From NCBI RefSeq assembly GCF_036321535.1, contig NC_087436.1, positions 114,454,001 to 114,518,000 on the forward strand: a stretch of DNA of 64,000 bases, given 5' to 3'. The translations under genes and the position numbers were made by a program. Shown piece after piece: positions 60,441 to 64,000 of this stretch. Origin of the DNA: Camelus dromedarius (taxonomy: Eukaryota). Position 1 is the stretch's first letter. Each line of letters starts with the position of its first letter. The notes under the pieces are model-generated. The model saw only the letters and a list, made by a program, of their open reading frames with translations. It was not told the origin of the DNA and did not search any database.

Positions 60441-62199
60441 CCGGACAACTCAAAATCACCAAACCGCATTTTTCTAAGCTTCGAAAACCTCTGCCCAAGT
60501 TTGTGGCAAAGAGTATATTCTACTTTGATTTGGGGTTCCTTTTTTTAAAAAAAAAGTTGGGGTAAGTGGTGATTATATTTCAAGTATTTGTATAACTCCC
60601 CCAAACTTACTCTCATACTCAATCATTCAACCTCCAAGCATCTCTGCCTGCCTGTGTGTCCAGACTCATTCAGTTTGTCCACACCAAGTCCTAACCCCAC
60701 AAAGGGACACACAGTTCACACCTGCCCGTTTCTCATCTTCTGAGTGACCTGTGTCAATCAATCTCCTCAGCTCGCCCCAAGAGAGTAACAACAAATTGTA
60801 TAGGGTGGTGGGAGAGGGGGATAATTTAGAGGATAAATGAAGGTCAGCGGGAGGAAGGAAAGAAGAGCTTTCTTCTGAAACCTCGTAAGCTTTCTGTTCT
60901 GTTCCCCATCGGGCCTGAAGGGCGTCCAGTTCCTTATACTTGCCGCCTACTGACACCAAATTTAAACACTTTCCCTCAAAACTGAAGTAGCCTGTAAAGA
61001 GCTATAAAAGGGCAATGACCTCTTCAAGGGTGAGTTTTTCCCCCAAATACACTACAGAGCCTGCACTGTAGTGTATTTTGGATGCAAAAGAGCATCACGT
61101 GGCTGAAATGCTAGAAAATACAGATGCTGTGAAGACTCCCCACACACACACACACACACAGACCCTGAAAACTACAGCTAGAGTGTGCATTTCATCCTGC
61201 GGTGCAGAACAAGAACCACCAAAAAGAAAGCTGCAAGAGCGAATGTCATTTGTTTTAGTGGCACCAAAAACACCAATCCCAGCAATTTACTAAATTAAAA
61301 TCACGGTTCTCTAAGCTTACTTAATGGTTCGAATTGTGTATTTGGTTTTAAGTCAAACCTTTGGTAAAACTATGGAAGACAGTAAAGTATGTTCCTTGAG
61401 CAAACTTTTTATTTGAAAATAAATAACATAAATAAGTAACAAATGTTTTGATATACCCACAATATTTGTGTTTCTTAGCTTGTCTCCTTCTACTACGTAA
61501 AACAATGCATAACTCTTTTTTTAAGAGCATTACTGTCATTAGGTGGGGATCTTTTCTATGGTAATTCCCAGATAGTCTTTTAAACAAAAACATATCTTTT
61601 TCTAATCTTATTCAACTCACCAGTAACAGAATAAAGAACAAATTGATTTTTTTCATTTTCTTCTTGGTGTAAAATTTAACAAACTCCAAGTAAATTCAGC
61701 ATTGACCACCCAGGGAAATGATCGCGCAATTTCCAGAAACTCTCCCAAAGATGCCTTCCAATTTCTCGCCTAACTTTAGTTCTATCTGTACCATCTTTTT
61801 CTTTTTAATTCCTCTATAGAAATTGAGTCAAATAAAATTCGGAGAGGAAAGAAAAATATATCTAGAGTGATTTTAATTAACTGATTATTTCAGAGGAAAG
61901 AATTAACAGTGAGGAAGCCGAGAAACTGTAAGGGGAAAAGAAGCAACATTTTGTTCTTCGAACTCGTAAACCTTCCTAGAGAACAGAAACTATGCGCGCT
62001 ATTTACAGAACTGCGTTATCTTGGGTCCCCCCGTCGCCATCTAACTCAACTAAATATCGTGTTCCATAAAAGTGCTAAAATAGGCAGATAACATCTGTAG
62101 AAGTAAGAAGCAAGTTTTCTCGGACAGTTTGTCTAGGTGGGTGAGCCTCCCTGTTGCTGGAGGATGGATGCTTCGAGGACTAGGCTTGGGAGGAAAGGG

Positions 62200-63000
62200 G
62201 TTAAGTCAGACCCTGACTTTCTCCGCGCAACGTGCCCAGTTTTGTCTGTTCTAGGCAACGTCGCCCAGCGGGAGCCAACCAATGGGCGGCCGGGAGCGCC
62301 CGGGACAGCCCAGTGGAGGGGCGTGGCCTGAGGCTGTCACTCAGAAGTGAGGAATGACACCCGGACGGGAGGGGGGTACGGTGGAACGCTGGGGAAGGAA
62401 AGAGAGAAGAAACAGATAAAACCAGGGCAGGGGGTAAAAAGGTGCCCCCGCGTCTGTCGGAATCCAGAGGCCGCGGTCGTTGTTGCCGCCGCCGCCGCCG
62501 CTGCCGGGGGTGGGCTCCGGAAGAGTCGGCCCAACAGAAAAAGGAGAGGACGAGCCTGGAGAGAAATCCTGCAGAAGGGGAAGAGACAGAGGCGCAAAGA
62601 AAAGTGACTCGGGCCGTGCGCCCCGGAGGCGCTCAGGAGGGGACTGCAGCCGCGGAGGGGCTTCGCTGATCCTCCCCCCACATCCTCCGAGGGGCAGACC
62701 CCGGCCCGCCCCTAAGGGCGCGAGGCGATGAGATAATCCAGCTGAGCTGCGAAAGGAGAGCGTCTGGCTCTGGATTGGGGGGAGGGGGTCTCCGGGTGCG
62801 GTGGGCCTCGGAAGTGGGGGTGAGGGTCGGCGCTGATCCGGGGCCAGAGGGGGGCGGAGGCTGCTGGGCAGCGCAGGAGTGGGCTGCAGGGGCCTCGCGC
62901 GCGGGGCTCACTCGCGCTGCGGCGGCCCGCGCGCTTCATCCAGCTCAGAGCTGCCCTGCGCCCCAGCCGCCCGCCCGGCCGCTCCGGCCCGCGGCGCAGA
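62200..63000 (+). promoter_or_regulatory. CpG-island promoter / 5' region of NKX3-2 with CCAAT (62279-62283) and GC boxes
   Basis: GC/CpG-rich sequence directly upstream of the ATG; motifs read directly. Confidence 0.7.
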
Positions 63001-63465
63001 TGGCTGTGCGCGGCGCCAACACCTTGACGCCCTTCTCCATCCAGGCGATCCTTAACAAGAAAGAGGAGCGCGGAGGGTTGCCCGCGCCGGAGGGGCGCCC
63101 GGTACTCGGGGGCACGGCAGTGGCAGTGGCTTCGGGGCCCGCTGTCTGTTGCTGGCGGCTCTTTGGGGAGACAGACGCGGGCGCGCTGGGGGGCGCCGAG
63201 GACTCTCTGCTGGCGTCGCCTGCCGGGACCAGAACGGCTGTGGGGCGGACCGCGGAGAGCCCGGGCGGCTGGGACTCGGACTCTGCGATGAGCGAGGAGA
63301 ACGAGGGTGGGCGGCGCTGCGCGGACGCGCCGGGGGCCAGCGGGGCCTGCCGTGCTGGGGGGACCCTCGGCCTCGGCCAGCCGGTCTGCGAGCTGCCCGC
63401 CGCCAAGGACCTGGAGGAGGAAGCCGCGGGCCGGAGCGACAGTGAGATGTCGGCCAGCGTCTCAG
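63000..63465 (+). CDS. NKX3-2: NKX3-2 (BAPX1) exon 1, coding part; homeobox exon is outside the window
   Basis: MAVRGANTLTPFSIQAILNKKEERGG...SDSEMSASVS with eh1/TN motif FSIQAIL (63033-63053); donor TCA G|gtctgc. Confidence 0.95.
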
Positions 63466-64000
63466 GTCTGCTAAGGCTTCACGGGGAAGGGGGCCCAGCT
63501 GAGGGGTTGGGCAAGGAAGGCAACCACGCCGAGGGGGGTGGGGCCACCCTGGGGCCCCCCGGGCTGGTCAAGACCCTAAGTTCTGCGCGCTGGCACGGAC
63601 TGTTCTAACCCTCCAACAACTGATCCCGAAAGAGAACCGAGAAACTCCTCGGAACCCTGCGTCCTGCGGTGAAGCCTCAGACGTCCAGGGGCAGTGTGCT
63701 TTAGACTAGGCTGGGAGAGAACCACTGCTCCCTGGCTTTGAGCCCATCGCCAGTGCCTTCGGCTGAGTCTGTCTCCAAATCCCGAAAGTCAGTGAAAGGG
63801 AAGAGCGAAGGGCCCAGAGACCTCGGGTAGCCAGTGCCCTGGCCCTGGCCCAGAGATCAGAAACGCACCTAGCTCGAGGTCCCAGAGCCCGGCCCAACGT
63901 TCAAAGATATGTAGCGAAGGATACCTTCAAGTGGGCCCGAGGCCAACCAAGCCCGAGCTTTGGAAGGAGGGCTTATTTCGCTTTCCCAGACCCCAGGGCA

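Noticed and set aside
62775..62999. 75-aa N-terminal extension of NKX3-2 from a TTG start
   Set aside because: The recognised protein starts at MAVRGANT; an open frame is expected in GC-rich sequence.
1..64000. CRISPR arrays, prokaryotic operons or foreign inserted DNA
   Set aside because: No repeat-spacer arrays or non-mammalian coding blocks seen; the window is explained by two genes, introns and mammalian interspersed repeats.

Overview
Mammalian genomic DNA, probably a camelid (inferred from a tRNA-derived SINE resembling the camelid Vic-type family and from the L1 3' ends). The + strand carries a complete BOD1L1 gene: CpG-island promoter at about 480-1450 and 26 coding exons from ATG 967 to TAA 48329. 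All introns are GT-AG with consistent phases. The spliced CDS is 9021 nt (3006 aa by my count) and includes a 6013-nt exon 10. A repeat-rich intergenic region follows, then an orphan CpG island (about 59150-60120), then the promoter and first coding exon of NKX3-2 (BAPX1; ATG 63000), whose homeobox exon lies beyond the window. I see no clearly novel biological system. The best second-look items are a 35-bp-stem pri-miRNA-like hairpin in intron 7, a candidate poison exon in intron 10, degenerate peptide repeats and a CpG/GC3 shift inside exon 10, a nested L1 with an apparent 3' transduction, and a recent 86-bp tandem duplication. Repeat family names come from pattern recognition, not a database search.
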